Of a stretch of DNA of 64,000 nt, positions 47,930 to 62,900 are shown in pieces. The notes below the pieces were generated by a model. The model worked only from the letters and a program-made list of their open reading frames with translations. It did not search any database and was not told where the DNA came from. The DNA is from Antedon mediterranea. Taxonomy: Eukaryota > Animalia > Echinodermata. Each line of letters starts with the position of its first letter. Positions within the stretch are counted from its first letter, which is position 1. The position numbers and the translations under genes are program-made. The stretch is taken from the NCBI RefSeq assembly GCF_964355755.1, contig NC_092673.1, forward strand, positions 10,884,948-10,948,947, written 5' to 3'.

Positions 47930-50212
47930 AATGATGTGAATATCGAACTTATGTGCGTAGCTTTTCGACCGTTTTACTTGCCTAGGGAGTTTAATGAACT
48001 TTATGTTATTATAGCATATATTCCCCTAGATACAGACGCGAATAAAGCAGCTAAGATCGTTACCGAAACTGTACATAAGTTTAAGATAAATCTCCTGATT
48101 CGCCTAAACTTATTATGGGTGATTTAAAACCATTGTGATAAAGAATTGTCGAATTTTCTTCAAAATTTCGTAAAATGCGTCAACAAACCAACCAGAGGAG
48201 ATAACATTCTTGAACAGTGCTATACAGTACTGACTACAAATCATGTACCATAACCCGCGTTTGTCGCGCGTGTAAAATATGTGTAATTGCCGCGTGCCTG
48301 TATTTGCCGTGTGGACCATGACGTCATCACTTTGTAGCTTTTTACTGGTAAAATATGGAACTCCCGGTACGACGCCCGCGACAACACACACGTGGGTATC
48401 AGTTTGTTTTGTTTCTATTGTTTAGGCCTACCATCATATATGTAATCTGAACCCGCCCGTTACTGTATGTAACAAAGTTTATTTTTTCGCTATTGTTAGG
48501 CAAACAATAAATAAGAAAGTTTATAGAATTCATGTAAATTGTTTTTCATCGGGTTTTTGTTTAGAGTTGACGTCGTATTAAAATACAGAGCTAGGAGTGT
48601 TTTAGGCCAAGTACAGTATTCGCACAAACTGTGACTGTGAATGGGTTTTCCGCCGCTCGGTGTAGAAAGTCAAATGATTACGTTCTTCTAACACGTTTAT
48701 TAAATGTCTTTTAGTATATTTCTATCTAACATGTCTGCATTGTATACTTGCTTTATAAATTCTCTGCTTATGAAACGACTTAATAAGTTGCTAAATTGAC
48801 GTTTAAAACAGATATTTGTCTGACATCAGCCCATGTTTATAATGAAAACAAAACAAGGTTCCGAAAATGGTACAGTCCAAAATGAGGTGTGCAATTAAAT
48901 AATATCAACGTAAACACATGCGCACGGTATCAGGGCTGTAATTATAAGAGAACTGATTTCCCCTGGACGGGAAATGGTAAAAACTTGTATTTATTCGACC
49001 TCGCTTCTCTCTCTCGCTCTGGCTGTGTGCGGAGGATTGCTCCAACGTGGTTTCGTTCAGCGATTAATGGTCCAGTCCGTAACAGGGGTGTACATTAGTT
49101 ACCGCGCTAAATACATGCATGTCAATACTGGTGTTGTAATACTATATAAATGTTTTCCTCCCCGACGGGGAATGGTAAAACCTTTATGTTATTATTTGGC
49201 CTAGCAAATTGTGGGTACTCAATGGATGAACTCTACAACGTGGTGCGTACCACCAGCGACGATCGTGTTTTGAAAGATATTGTTGGGTCTTTTCTACCTT
49301 GTTTTTTTTAATGAGTTTTCTCAAATACTTAATAAATATGACTTAAAAATATATATAAACAAACCCTGAAAGCAAACTAGGCCTAGAATAGTAGTACTGT
49401 ACTCCCGGTAGTAAGCCTACTATACTAAACTAGGCCTCCTAGGCCTAGCTAGTAATAGTATTTTCAATCACAGACATAATTGCATCATGGAGGTTTTTAC
49501 CTCCATGATGGCACTATGATAAATAAATCGATTTTTTATTTCAAACAGGCCTATATTTTGTTATATAAAATGCTGTTATCCTGTACTATAATTCCAGTTA
49601 TTGACTGTTTGGTGATAATAATATATATGAACAAAACATCAACAAATTATAAATACAGTTCGCTGCAGTTGAATTACTCAATGCAGTAATGCATGAGTGA
49701 ATATGGACAGTATTGTTAGTACCTAATTACACGCGAGTCACGCGTTTTTCACACCCGTGTAAAATGTGTGGGCTTGGTATATGATATGTAGTCAGTACTG
49801 TAGTTCTGTAGATAATTCTTATAAGTGCTACATCGCTCCTGAAATCGGCAACTCTGATCATAATGTTATCCACCTTTTACCATCTTACAAGCAAAGGCTC
49901 ATTAGTAAAAAACCTCTAAAGCATTTAGTGAAGATATGGGACGATGATGCTGTTCATGGACTTTGAGCATGTTTTGAGAACACAGACTGGTCCACTCTTA
50001 TTGACTCTGAAAGTTTGGACGCTTCTGTTGATACTGTCAACGCATATATTGTGAAGAACAATTTGTTAAGACAAGGACTATTAAAGTGTTTGGTAATAAT
50101 AAACCTTGGGCTACTAAGAAATTAAAGAGTTTGCTAACAGATACAGTACATGTAAAACCCATAAAGAAGGGGATTTAGTGAAGTTAGGTATTCTAAAAGA
50201 CGAAATTAAATT
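47930..50212 (+). mobile_element. Rex1/Babar-like LINE endonuclease relic, interrupted
   Basis: RPFYLPREF...AYIP, MGD.NHC, PTRGDNILEQCY|SSV...GNSDHNVIHLLPSY...TDW...NKPW. Confidence 0.8.
48225..49800. mobile_element. non-autonomous TA-specific TIR element (1576 bp)
   Basis: TIR CAGTACTGACTACA(A/T)ATCAT...; TA TSD; removal restores the LINE codons CYSS. Confidence 0.85.
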
Positions 50213-50216
50213 AGAT

Positions 50217-53200
50217 ACCAGATTTGAACTCGTCACTTTGACGAATTCTGGTTATCTGCCGCGCAAACGCCACGTGCAGGTCATACGTTAGAATATTGCG
50301 CACAGAAAAACGATTATGCCATTGTGACCTGAAGAAAATAAAATGTTATTGTACCCTCTAGTTTGTGTCTAAGTATATACAGAACAAAATACTGTATACA
50401 TACTACATACAGTGCAGAATAGGTGGAAATAACAGAACCCTCCTTTTATTTCAATTTTTAACATGATGACGTCATCATAATGAAACGCGTAGGTAGCAAT
50501 TTTGGAAGGAAATTATCTGAGCAACAACATATTAATGTGTTGAAGAAATTTGGATAGTAGAATATAAATGCGTGCTCTTTTAAATGTCATGAACTACGAC
50601 CCAAAATATGAAAATACGACTTTTATAATTCAACTGGCCATATGATGACGTCACAACATCCAATGCGCAACATAAATTTGTATCTACAATTCAACAGCTT
50701 CCAGAAAACATTTTAATCATGGTTATCACTTTTTATTCTGACGAGCTATAACAGATTGAAATTTACTGTAAAGATGAAAATAAATGACCCTCGTTATTTA
50801 CATTTTTAGACATGATGATGTCATAAAAATTAAAATATTTTTAACTTATACGAAAGATAGTTGATTGACGTAGACAATATTAAAATTTCGGGGGAAATGG
50901 AATACGTATAAGCGAGATGCGCTCTGTTGAATGTGATGAGCAATAACGAAAGGGACAAAAATCCCATATTTTACATTCGTGTGGCCATACAATGACGTCA
51001 TAACATCCGAAACATAAAAATTCTGCATGAATTCATATCTACAATTTATCTTCTTACATAATAAATTAAAAAAATTAGCTTTGATCCTGAAGGGTTATAA
51101 TAGATTCAAAATTGGCATTTTTTTGACAATATTTTACAACTTTTTCAAGTAAAACGCGCGCAAATGGTCTAAATCAACGTGTTCGTATGACATCATTTTA
51201 AAATGAAATGAAAAAAACATGATTTTCATGCTCCGTGCGCCCCTTACGCGTAAAACTTTTCGCGCGCGTGGGAATTTTTGACATGCTCAAAATGTCATGA
51301 TCAGCTTAGAAAGTTGATTAGAAACAAATTTTGCGCACTGTGAATTTAAATGCGCGTGCGCGCGAAACTTCTTGTGAAACATGCCATTTTTAATCCATAG
51401 AAAGTTTGCCCTTGATATGACTTAAATTTTCACCAAGTGTCAATACAAAATGACTTTATAATCTATGATCAATCATTTAAATTCATAAAATCGCGTGTAA
51501 CTTACGCTCACGTATGTTCTCCCGCAATGCAAATATAGGGAAGTTAACTGGCAAAGCAAAACTATAGAGGGCGTCGAAGCAGCGAAGCGTGTTAATTGAA
51601 AGTTTTCACACAAAACGTTTTGGACACGCGACGCTGAAAGACGATTCCATACATATAAAAGACATAAAATAAGTTTTAAAAAACTCCTCAATGATATAAA
51701 ACATTAAACCTTTTTTATTTTTAAACTTATTTTCTTAAAACATATGTATATTTCAAAAATGTTTATATAATATTTTAAATACTATAACATTTCAAACATT
51801 GCTATGCAAAACAGTAAATGAACATTCTCGCTTCAAAAATTTCGGAAGTAAAATGAGTCATCTAAAATGTTAAATTACAATTAATTCGAAGTTTTTCAAA
51901 CTATACAGAGTGGTATATCATCTTGTTTAACTATTATTGCATCTAATTTTAATTAACACGAGAGAGAAACTATTATTTCAAGGGAGTATAATTTTATTGA
52001 ATTTAGGCTATTTGACACAGCAGAATAGACATGCCTGTGTTAAAGCATAGGCGCGTCTAGGCTATTATTAGGCGCGCGCGCGCTGGCGGCTAGGCCTTAC
52101 AATACTATAGATACAGTACTGTACATAATAAATACTGTACTTTATTAATTAAATTGCCTGGCTGTGCGTCTCAATAATGAAATTATGCAAGATAGTAATT
52201 TATGTATGTTTATTATATATCATATTATATAAACATACACTATATTATTTCTATTATTATTTCTTTTTTTATCTGTAATGTTTAATATTAATAGGCAAGA
52301 CCTAGATGTACCCATAGAAAAATATACCTCAAATATTTGTATGTATTCAAATTTTTAAATTAAATATTAGATTAATATTGTTAATACTGTAGATATTAAA
52401 ATTCATTACTAAAAACAATGACAATATTTATCGATAGTAATCTTGATTAGGCCTAACTATTTTTCTCATCACAAATTAAAATCATATTAGAGATACATCG
52501 TATTCGTAACAATTACAATATATTTTATATTATAACATGATATAATCTTCTGGAGCCGTCAACTACAGTTAAATATCGCGTCTATTCCATTCACCATTTG
52601 ACAGTGCTTTTTCAACAGCTGGAAAATTAGTCGACTGTACCATATTTTCTGATCATTCGGAAAAATTGCCTCATGCAATAAATAAACATTTCATCTGACT
52701 CCAGACATACCTTTAAAAAAATATAATAAAAAATAAAACCAGTGTTATGTGTAATTTATTGGTAATAAAATTGCAATACATACATATTAATTGTATGCAT
52801 AATTATAAAATAAAAATACCGTACTGTACAATGTTTAAAATAAAATGTTGCCTATTACCAAAATGGAATAACCCAAACCTAGCGTTACTTATACAACAAG
52901 TGGATTATACTATTATTAAAGACGGGGAGGTCAGTGTAATGATATAAGGAGCTGAAATAATTTTAACGATATAAAAACAATATTAACATTAATGAACTAT
53001 AAAGATATACTGCAAAACATTAGTTCTTAAACAATTTAATCTATAACAAACAATAAATTATGAAAATGTGTATAATTCGGACCACATTCCACAAAAACAC
53101 CTAACGATATGCCTCGCACATGGGTGGATATATCCCCAAACTCCAGTCTCTTTTAAAACTTGTATGTAGGCCTAGGCCTTCAAATCTAGGCCTAGTCGGT

Positions 53201-53980
53201 ATATTTAAGATATGTGATGAGAATTACCTGGCATGGTAGCATTTAAAATACTTGAGTGTGTTTGGTTGATCGCTAACATACTCAATAACAACTGTATTTT
53301 AGAGAGAAAATAGTGAAAATTCCTCGTTTTTTGTTCCATCACAACTCCACACCGTCAATTGTTTCTCTAAAACCTTTAAACCACGTGACTAGTTCAATTA
53401 ATCATGAATATGTATGAGAATACCTGACCTCACAAAAAACTTCCGAATTTTTTTTTTGAAAAGTTTGAAAATTGTACGATTTTTGGTTTAAAATTTGAGT
53501 AAAATTGAGACTAAAAGTAAGATAAATAACAGGTGTATTCCGCTTTGTTTTTTCTTCGTGTTTTTAGATATTTTGATTAAAAAAGTATAAAGGAAAATAA
53601 ATAAATTGTTTTAAGGTCAAATATTTATGGAAAGGCTATGAAAAATGCTAGGCCATTTGTTGATCCAAATTCAATCGACCGTTACGCAAAATAAACAAGT
53701 GCGCGTGGTTTTTAAACGGCGCGTTAATGCGCATGCGTCAAGTCGCGAAATTCTCTAGGAAACATACGTGCGCTACGAGACTCTAACGTCATATAACGAA
53801 ATTTCTTGCAAATCTACAGCTACAGGTCAATCTTATGACAAAGTTATACAATCTTATGTTGACCAGAATTAGAGATACGCTGCGAACAAAATTCCGGGAA
53901 AGAAAGAAGAATAACATAGAAGAAAAAAAAAAAAGATCCTGACAATAACAAGGGGTTATCCGCCAAGTGCGGATAACCAA
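50217..53980 (-). mobile_element. HINE family A copy with both termini, split by the 51509-53770 insertion
   Basis: 3' hairpin at ~50228; 5' terminus GTTATCCGC-CAAGT-GCGGATAAC at 53955-53977. Confidence 0.8.
51509..53770. mobile_element. CAC...GTG-ended element with 4-bp TSD, Chapaev-like, 2262 bp
   Basis: CACGTATGTT/AACATACGTG termini; CGCT on both flanks; the HINE sequence is continuous across the site. Confidence 0.7.
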
Positions 53981-53986
53981 AAAGAA

Positions 53987-56900
53987 AACTAGATTAGAAC
54001 TCGTCACTACGGACGAGTTAGGTTATCCGCAGCGCAAACGCCACGTGCACGTCATACGTTAGAATATTGCGCGCAGTATAACGATTAAGCCATTGAAAAA
54101 ATGTTAGTGCGCTCTCTATTTTACGTCACGTCTAAGTATATACAGTATATACTGTATACGTACTACATACTGTGCAGAATAGGTGAAAATAAGTGACCAA
54201 AGTTATTGACGCTTTTGGACATGATGACGTCATCACAATTTTAAAAACGGTATATCATGCGAAAGATAATTGATCGGCCTAGACAATATAAAAAAGTGGG
54301 GGGAAGTGGAATACGGATAAGTGGAGATGCGCTCTATTAAATGTGATGAGCTATGACGAAAGAGACAAAAATTCGCTATTTTTTTTCAAGTGGCCATACG
54401 ATGACGTCACTATGTCCAGTTAGCCATATCGATGCATGATTCTATATCTACAACTCATCAACTTCCATAATATAATAAAAAATAAACTTCACCATGTAGT
54501 TTAAAATGTATGACTGTTTAAAAAAAGGCATAATTTTGACGAATTTTTGAACTTTTTCATAAAAAACGCAAGCAAATTATCCAATTCCACGTGCTCGTAT
54601 GACGTAATTTTAAGTCGAAATTGTTTAAAAGTTGGTAAAATTACTAGAAAACCCTGGAAAAACATAAATCATGCGAAAAAGTTATATTTTTGCGCTACAT
54701 GCGCACGCGCGCGTAAAATATTTACGCGTGCGTGGGAATTTTTGAAATGCTCAAAATGACATGAAACGCGTAGAAAGTTGATTAGAAGTTGATTTTTCGC
54801 ATTTTGCAATTTTAAACGCGCATGCGTGCGTGCGAAAGATGCCATTGTTAATCCATAGAAAGTTTGCCCTTGATATGACTTAAATGTTCACCAAGTGTCA
54901 TTACAAAATGACTTGGTTTTTAGTCTATGTTAAATACGCTAAATTCATAAATCGCGCGTAAAAGTAAAAAAACGAACTGTCCTGCACTTCTACAGATAGA
55001 GGTAAATCTTCTGACAAAGTTATACGATGTAATGTTGATCAGAATTTGAGATACACGTGACACAAAATTCTGGGAAAGAAAGAAGAACTAGACATGAAAC
55101 TCGTCACTTTGACGAGTTAGTTATCCGCTCGACAAACGTCATGTGCACGTCATACATTGGAATGTTGCACACAGAAAAAGATTATGGCATTATGACCTGA
55201 ACTGAAGAATATGATAAGTTGTTATTGCTGAATTCTATTAATTTGATTCATATATAGTATACACAGTATAATCTGTATCCATATCTCATACAGTGTAGAA
55301 TAGATGAAATTACGGGACCCGCTATTTAATACAATTTTTAACATGTTGACGGTTTTAAAATGAAACGCGAAGGTAGCAAATTTGGAAGGAAATTATCTCA
55401 GCAACAACATATTAACGTGTAGAAGAAATTTGAATACGTGAAATATTAATGCGCGCTTTTTTAAATGTAATGAATTATGACGCAAAAGATGAAAATACAA
55501 CTTTTTTTTATTTAACTGGCCATATGATGACGTCACAACATCCGATTGGCAAAATTTTCACATGATTTTGTATCTACAATCAAATAGCTTCCAGAAAACG
55601 TTTTAATCGTGATTATCACATTTTATTCTTACGAGCTATAACAGATTAAAATTTACTGTAAAGATGAAATTAATGCCACACGTAATTAAAATTTTTAGGC
55701 ATGATGACGTCAAAAGAATTAAAATATTTTTAACTCATGCGAAAGATAGTTGATTGACCTAGACAATATCAAAATCGGGGTGAAAATGGAAAATGGATAA
55801 GTGGATATGCGCTCTATTAAATGTGATGACCTATTACGAAAGATACAAAAATCCTAAATTATATATTCGCTTGGCCATACGATGACGTCACAATGTCCGG
55901 TTAGCCATATTAATACATTATTCGATATCTACAACTCATCAACTTCCAGAATATGTAATAAAAACAACTTTCACCGTTTAGTTTAGAAACTACGACTGTT
56001 TAAAAAAAGGCATAATTTTGACGAATTTTTGAACTTTTTCATCAAAAACGTGCGCAAATTGTTCAGTTCGACGTGCTCGTATGACATGATTTTAAGTCGA
56101 AATTGTTTAAAAGTTGGTAAAATTACTAAAAAAAAGGCTAGAAAAACATAAATCACACGAAGAAAATATGTTTTTAACGCTACATGCGCACCGCGCACGT
56201 AAAAATTTGTGGGCGCGTGGGAATTTTTGACGACATTATTAGACATGATGACGTCATAAAAATTAAAATATTTTTAATTCATGCGAAAGATAATTGATTG
56301 ACGTTGACAATCTTAAAATCACAGGGGAAATGGAATACGTATAAGCGAGATGCGCTCTATTGAATGTGATGAGCAATAACGAAAGATACAAAAATCCTAT
56401 ATTTTACATGAGTGTGGCCATACGATGACGTCATAACATCCGAGAGGTAGAAATTCTGCATGAATTCATTTCTACAATTTATCTTCTTGCATAATAAGTT
56501 TAAACTAGACATGAAACTCGTCACTTTGACGAGTTAGTTATCCGCACGACAAACGCCACGAGCACGTCATACGTTGGAATATTGCACACAGAAAAAGATT
56601 ATGGCATTATGACCTGAAGAAGAATATGATTATGTTATTATTGCTGAATTCTGTTATTTTGTGTCATATAGTATACACAGTATAATCTGTATACATCACA
56701 TACAGTGTAGAATAGGTGAAATTACGGGACCCGCTCTTTATTCCAATTTTTAACATGCCGACAGTATCAAAATGAAACACTAAGATAGCAAATTCGGAAG
56801 GAAATTATATCAGCAACCACATATTAGCATGTAGAAGAAATTTGAATACGTGAAATATTGATGCGCGCTCTTTTAAATGTAATGAATTATAATGCAAAAG

Positions 56901-59900
56901 ATGAAAATACGACTTTTTTTATTTAACTGGCCATATGATGACGTCACAACATCTGATTGGCAAAATGTTCACATGATTTCGTATCTACAATTCAATAGCT
57001 TCCAGAAAACGTTTTAATCGTGATTATCACATTTCATTCTTACGAGCTATAACAGATTAAAATTTACTGTAAAGATGAAATTTATGCAACATGTAATTAA
57101 AATTTTTAGGCATGATGACGTCATAAAAATTAAAATATTTTTAACTCATGCGAAAGACAGTTGATTGACCTAGACAATATCAAAATCGGGGTGAAAATGG
57201 AAAACGGATAAGTGTAGATGCGCTCTATTAAATGTGATGAGCTATGACGAAAGATACAAAAATCCTAAATTTTGTATTCGCGTAGCCATACAGTGATGTC
57301 ACAATGTCTGGTTAGCCATATTAATGCATGATCCGATATTTACAACTCATCAACTTCCAGAATATGCAATAAAAATAACTTTCACCGTTTAGTTTAGAAA
57401 CTACGACTGTTTAAAAAAAGGTATAATTTTGACAAATTTTGACGAATTTTTGCACTTTTTCATCAAAAACGCACATAAATTATCCAATTCGACGTGCCCG
57501 TATGATGTAATTTTAAGTTGAAAATGTTTAGAAATTTGTAAAATTACTAAAAAAGGGTGGAAAAACATAAATCACGGAAAAAAAATTGTTATCAACGCTA
57601 CGTGTGCACCGCACGCATAAAAAATGCGCACGCGTGGGAATTTTTGACATGCTCAAAATGACATGAAACCCGTAGAAAGTTGATTAGAAATTGATTTTTC
57701 TCAATTTGAAATTTTAAACGCGCGTGCGCGCGTAACTTCGTGTGAAACATGCCATTTTTTTCCCACAGTCAGTTAGCGCAAGATATAAATTAAACTTTTG
57801 TTAAGTTTCAATTTAAATTGTTATATGGTTTTCGATATATATTAAATACGCGAAATTCGTAAAAACGCGCGTAAGTCATGTGGCGCAACTCTGTCGTCAT
57901 TCACAATAGGAGGTGCACAATTTCACGTGAATGCCCACATTTTGACAAAGTTATAAAATGTTATGTTTACACGTTTTTGAGTTACGCGAGACACAAAATT
58001 GACAGAAAGAAAGAATAACTAGACATGAAACTCGTCACTTTGACGAGTTAGTTATCCGCACGACAAACGCCACATGCACGTCATACGTTAGAACTTTGCA
58101 CACAAAATAAGATTAGGGCATTATGACCTGATCTGAAGAATACGATATGTTGTTAGTGTTGAATTCTGTCAATTTTGTGTCATATAGTATAATTATACAG
58201 TATAAACAGTATAATCTGTATACATATCACATACAGTGTAGAATAGGTGAAATTACGAGACCCGCTATTTATTCCAATTTTTAACATGTTGGCGGTTTCA
58301 AAATGAAACGCTAGGGTAGCAATTTCGAAAGTAAATTATCTCAGCAACAACGTATTAACGTGTAGAAGAAATTTGAATACGTGAAATATTGATGCGCGCT
58401 CTTTAAAATGTAATGAATTATGACGCAAAAGATGAAAATACGACTTTGTTCATTTAACTGGCCATATGATGACGTCACAACATCCGATTGGCAAAATTTT
58501 TACATGATTTCGTATCTACAATCCAATAGCTTCCAGAAAACGTTTTAATCGTGATTATCACATTTTATTCTTACGAGCTATAACAGATTAAAATTTACTG
58601 TAAAGATGAAATTAATGCCACACGTAATTTAACATTTTAGGCATGATGACGTCAAAAAAATTAAACTATTTTTAACTCATGCGAAAGGTAGTTGATTGAC
58701 CTAGACAATATCAAAATCGGGGTGAAAATGGAAAAGGGATAAGTGGAGATGCGCTCTATTAAATGTTATGACCTATTACGAAAGACAAAAAAATCTTAAA
58801 TTTTATATTCGCGTGGCCATACAATAACGTCACAATATCCGGTTAGCCATATTAATACATTATTCGATATCTACAACTCATCAACTTCCAGAAAATGTCA
58901 TCCACAAAAAGTTGACCGTGCAGTTTAGAAATTACGACTGTTTAAAAAAAGGCATAATTTTGACGAATTTTTGAACTTTTTCATCAAAAACGAGCGCAAA
59001 TTGTTCAGTTCGACGTGCTCGTATGAGATGATTTTAAGTCAAAATGGTTTAAAAGTTGGTAAAACTACTAAAAAAGGCTAGAAAAACATAAATCAAGCGA
59101 AGAAAATATGTTTTTAACGCTACATGCGCACCGCGCACGTAAAAATTTGCGGGGGCGTGGGAATTTTGGACATGTTCAAAATGTCAAGATCAGCGTAGAA
59201 AGTTGATTAGAAATTAATTTTGCGTATTTTGAAATTTTAAATGCGCGTGCGCGCGTAACTTCTTGTAAAACACGCCATTTTTAGTTAACTAAAAGTTTGC
59301 TCTTGATATGACTTAAATTTTCATGAAGGGTAAAAAAAAAATTACTCTTTGTTTTTAAGCTATAATCAATCATTAAAAAACATAAAATCGCGCGTAAGTC
59401 ACGTTGCGCAACTCTGACGTCATTCAAAATAGGAGGCGCACAACTTCACGTAAATTACCACATGTTGTCAAAGTTATGAAATATTATGTTTACACATTTT
59501 AGAGATACGTGAGCCACAAAAAAACGGGAAAGAAAGAAGAACTAGACATGAAACTCGTCACTTTGACGAGTTAGTTATCCGCACGACAAACGCCACGCGC
59601 ACGTCATACGTTGGAATTTTGCACACGGAAAAAGATTATGACATTATGACCTGAACTGAAGAATATCATATGCTGTTAGTGCTGAATTCTGTCAATTTTG
59701 TGTCATATAGTATATACAGTGCAAACGGTATAATCTGTATACATGTTACATACAGTGTAGAATAGGTGAAATTACGGGTCCCCCCGTTTATACTTATTTT
59801 TAACACGGCTTCGGTATCAAAATGAAACACTAAGATAGCAATTTCGGAAGGAAATTATCTCAGCAACAACATATTAACGTGTGGAAGAAATTTGAATACG

Positions 59901-62900
59901 TAAAATATAGATGCGCGCCCTTTTAAATGTGATGAACTATTACGCAAAATATGAAAATACGACTTTTTTTATTCAACTGGCCATATGATGACGTCACAAC
60001 ATCCGATTGGCAAAATGTTTACATGAATTCGTATCTACAATCCAATAGCTTCCTGAAAACGTTTTAATCATGATTATCACGTTTTATTATGACGAGCTAT
60101 AACAGATTGAAATTTACTGTAAAGATGAAAATAAGTGACCCACGTTATTTTCATTTTTAGACATGATGACGTCATCAAAATTAAAATATTTTAACTCATG
60201 CGAAAGATAGTTGATTGACCTAGATAATATAAAAATCGGGGTGAAAATGGAAAACAGATAATTGGAGATGCGCTCTATTAAATGTGATGAGCTATGATGA
60301 AAGATACAAAAATTCTATTTTTTATATTCGCATGGCCATACGATGTCGTCACAATGTCCGGTAAGCCGTATTGATGCATGATACATGATCTACAACTCAT
60401 CATCTTCCAAAATACGTAATAAAAATAACTTTTACCGTTTAGTTTAGAAACTACGACTGTTTAAAAAAAGGTATAATTTTGACAAATTTTGACAAATTTT
60501 TGAACTTTTTCATCAAAAACGCACATAAATTATCCAATTCGACGTGCCCGTATGACGTAATTTGAAGTCGAAATTGTTTAAAAGTTGGTAAAATTACTAG
60601 AAAAGGCTGAAAAAACATAAATCACGCGAAAAAATCTGTTTTTAACGGTATGTGTGCTCCGCGCGCGTAAAAAATTGCGCGCGCCTGGGAATTTTTGACA
60701 TGCTCAAAATGACATGAAACGCGTAGAAAGTTGATTAGAAATTAATTTTGCGCATTTTGAAATTTTAAATGCGCGTACGCGCGTAACTTTTTGTAAAACA
60801 CGCATTTTTTTTTCAACAAAAAGTTAGCGCATGATTTAAATTAAACTTTTGCAAAGTTTCAATTTAAAATGTTATTTGGTTTTTGACCTATGTTAAATAG
60901 GTGAAATTCATAAAATCGCGCGTAAGTCATGTTGCGCAACTCTGACATAATTCAAAAATAGGAGGTGCACAACTTCACGTGAATGCCCTCATGCTGACAA
61001 AGTTATAACATGTTATGTTTACAAGTTTTTGAGATACGTGAGACACAAAAATGGGGGAGAAGGAAAGAAAAAAAACTAGACATGTAACTCGTCACTTTGA
61101 CGAGTTTGGTTAGCCGCCGCGCAAGTGGTGCAACATTAACATTAAGGGGATAGGTTGAGGACAAAAGGAAGTGTTCACGTTGGCATTATGACCTGAACTG
61201 AAGAATATGATATGTTGTTATTGCTGAATTTTATTATTTAAATTCATATATAGTATACACAGTATAATCTTTATCCATATCACATACAGTGTAGAATAGG
61301 TGAAATTACGGGACCCGCTATTTATTGCAATTTTTAACATGTTGACGGTTTTAAAATGAAACGCGAAGGTAGCAATTCCGAAAGGAAATTATCTCAGCAA
61401 CAACGTATTAGCGTGTAGAAGAAATTTGAATACGTGAAATATTGATGCGCGCTCTTTTAAATGTAATGAATTATGACGCAAAAGATGAAAATACGACCTT
61501 TTTTATTTAACTGGCCATATGATGACGTCACAACATCCGATTGGCAACATTTTTACATAATTTCGTATCTACAATCCAATAGCTTCCAGAAAAGGTTTTA
61601 ATCGTGATTATCAAGTTTTATTCTTACGAGCTATAACAGATTAAAATTTACTGTAAAGATGAAATTGATGCCACACGTGATTAAAATTTTTAGGCATGAT
61701 GACGTCAAAAAAATTAAAATATTTTTAACTCATGCGAAAGATACTTGATTGACCTAGACAAAATCAAAATCGGGGTGAAAATGGAAAACGGATAAGTGGA
61801 GATGCGCTCTATTCAATGTGATGAGCTATGACGAAAGATACAAAAATCCTAAACTTTATATTCGCGTGGCCATACGATGACGTCACAATGTCCGGTTAGC
61901 CATATTAATACCTGATCCGATATCTACAACTCATCTACTTCCAGAATATGCCATCCACAAAAAGTTGACCGTCTAGTTTAGAAATTACGACTGTTTAAAA
62001 AAAGGCATATTTTAAACAAATGTTTTAACCTTTTCATAAAAAACGCGCGCAAATTGTCCAATTCGACGTGCTCGTATGACGTATCTTTAAGTCGAAATTG
62101 TTTAAAATTTGGTAAAATTACTAGAAAAGGCTGGAAAAATATAAATCACGCGAAAAAAGTACGTTTTCAAGACTACGTGCGCACCGCACACGTAAAAATG
62201 TGCGCACGCGTGGGAATTTTTGACATGCTTAAAACGACATGAAACGCGTAGAAAGTTGATTATAAATTAATTTTGCGCATTTTGAAATTTTAAATGCGCG
62301 TGCGCGCGTAACTTTGTGTAAAACACGCAATTTTTTTTCAACAGAAAGTTAGCGCATGATATAAATTAAACTTTTGCAAAGTTTCAAGTTGAAATGTTAT
62401 TTGGTTGTCGAGCTATGTTAAATACGACAAAATCGTTAAATCGCGCGTAAGTCACGTTGCGCAATTGTAAAAGTCATGAAAAGCTTCGCTTGACGACGTT
62501 ACGTAAATGTCAATATATTAAGATAGTTACCGAAATGTTATGTTTGCGAGCTTTAGAGAAAAGCGTTACACAAAAATCATACAGGTTGATTTCGTACAAT
62601 CACAAGAGGTTATCCTGCAACTTCGTTGCGGATAACCAAAAAGTAACAGGACAGTTACAAGGAGTTATCCGCTCAATGCGGATAACTAATAATACAGAAA
62701 AAGAACTAGACATGTAACTCGTCACTTTGACGAGTTAGTTATCCGCACGACAAAGGCCACGTAGACGTCATACGTTAGAATATTGCACACAGAAAAAGAT
62801 TATGGCAATATGACCTGAACTGAAGAATATGATATGTTGTTATTGCTGAATTCTGTTATTTTGTGTCATATTATATATACAATATAATCTGTATACATAT

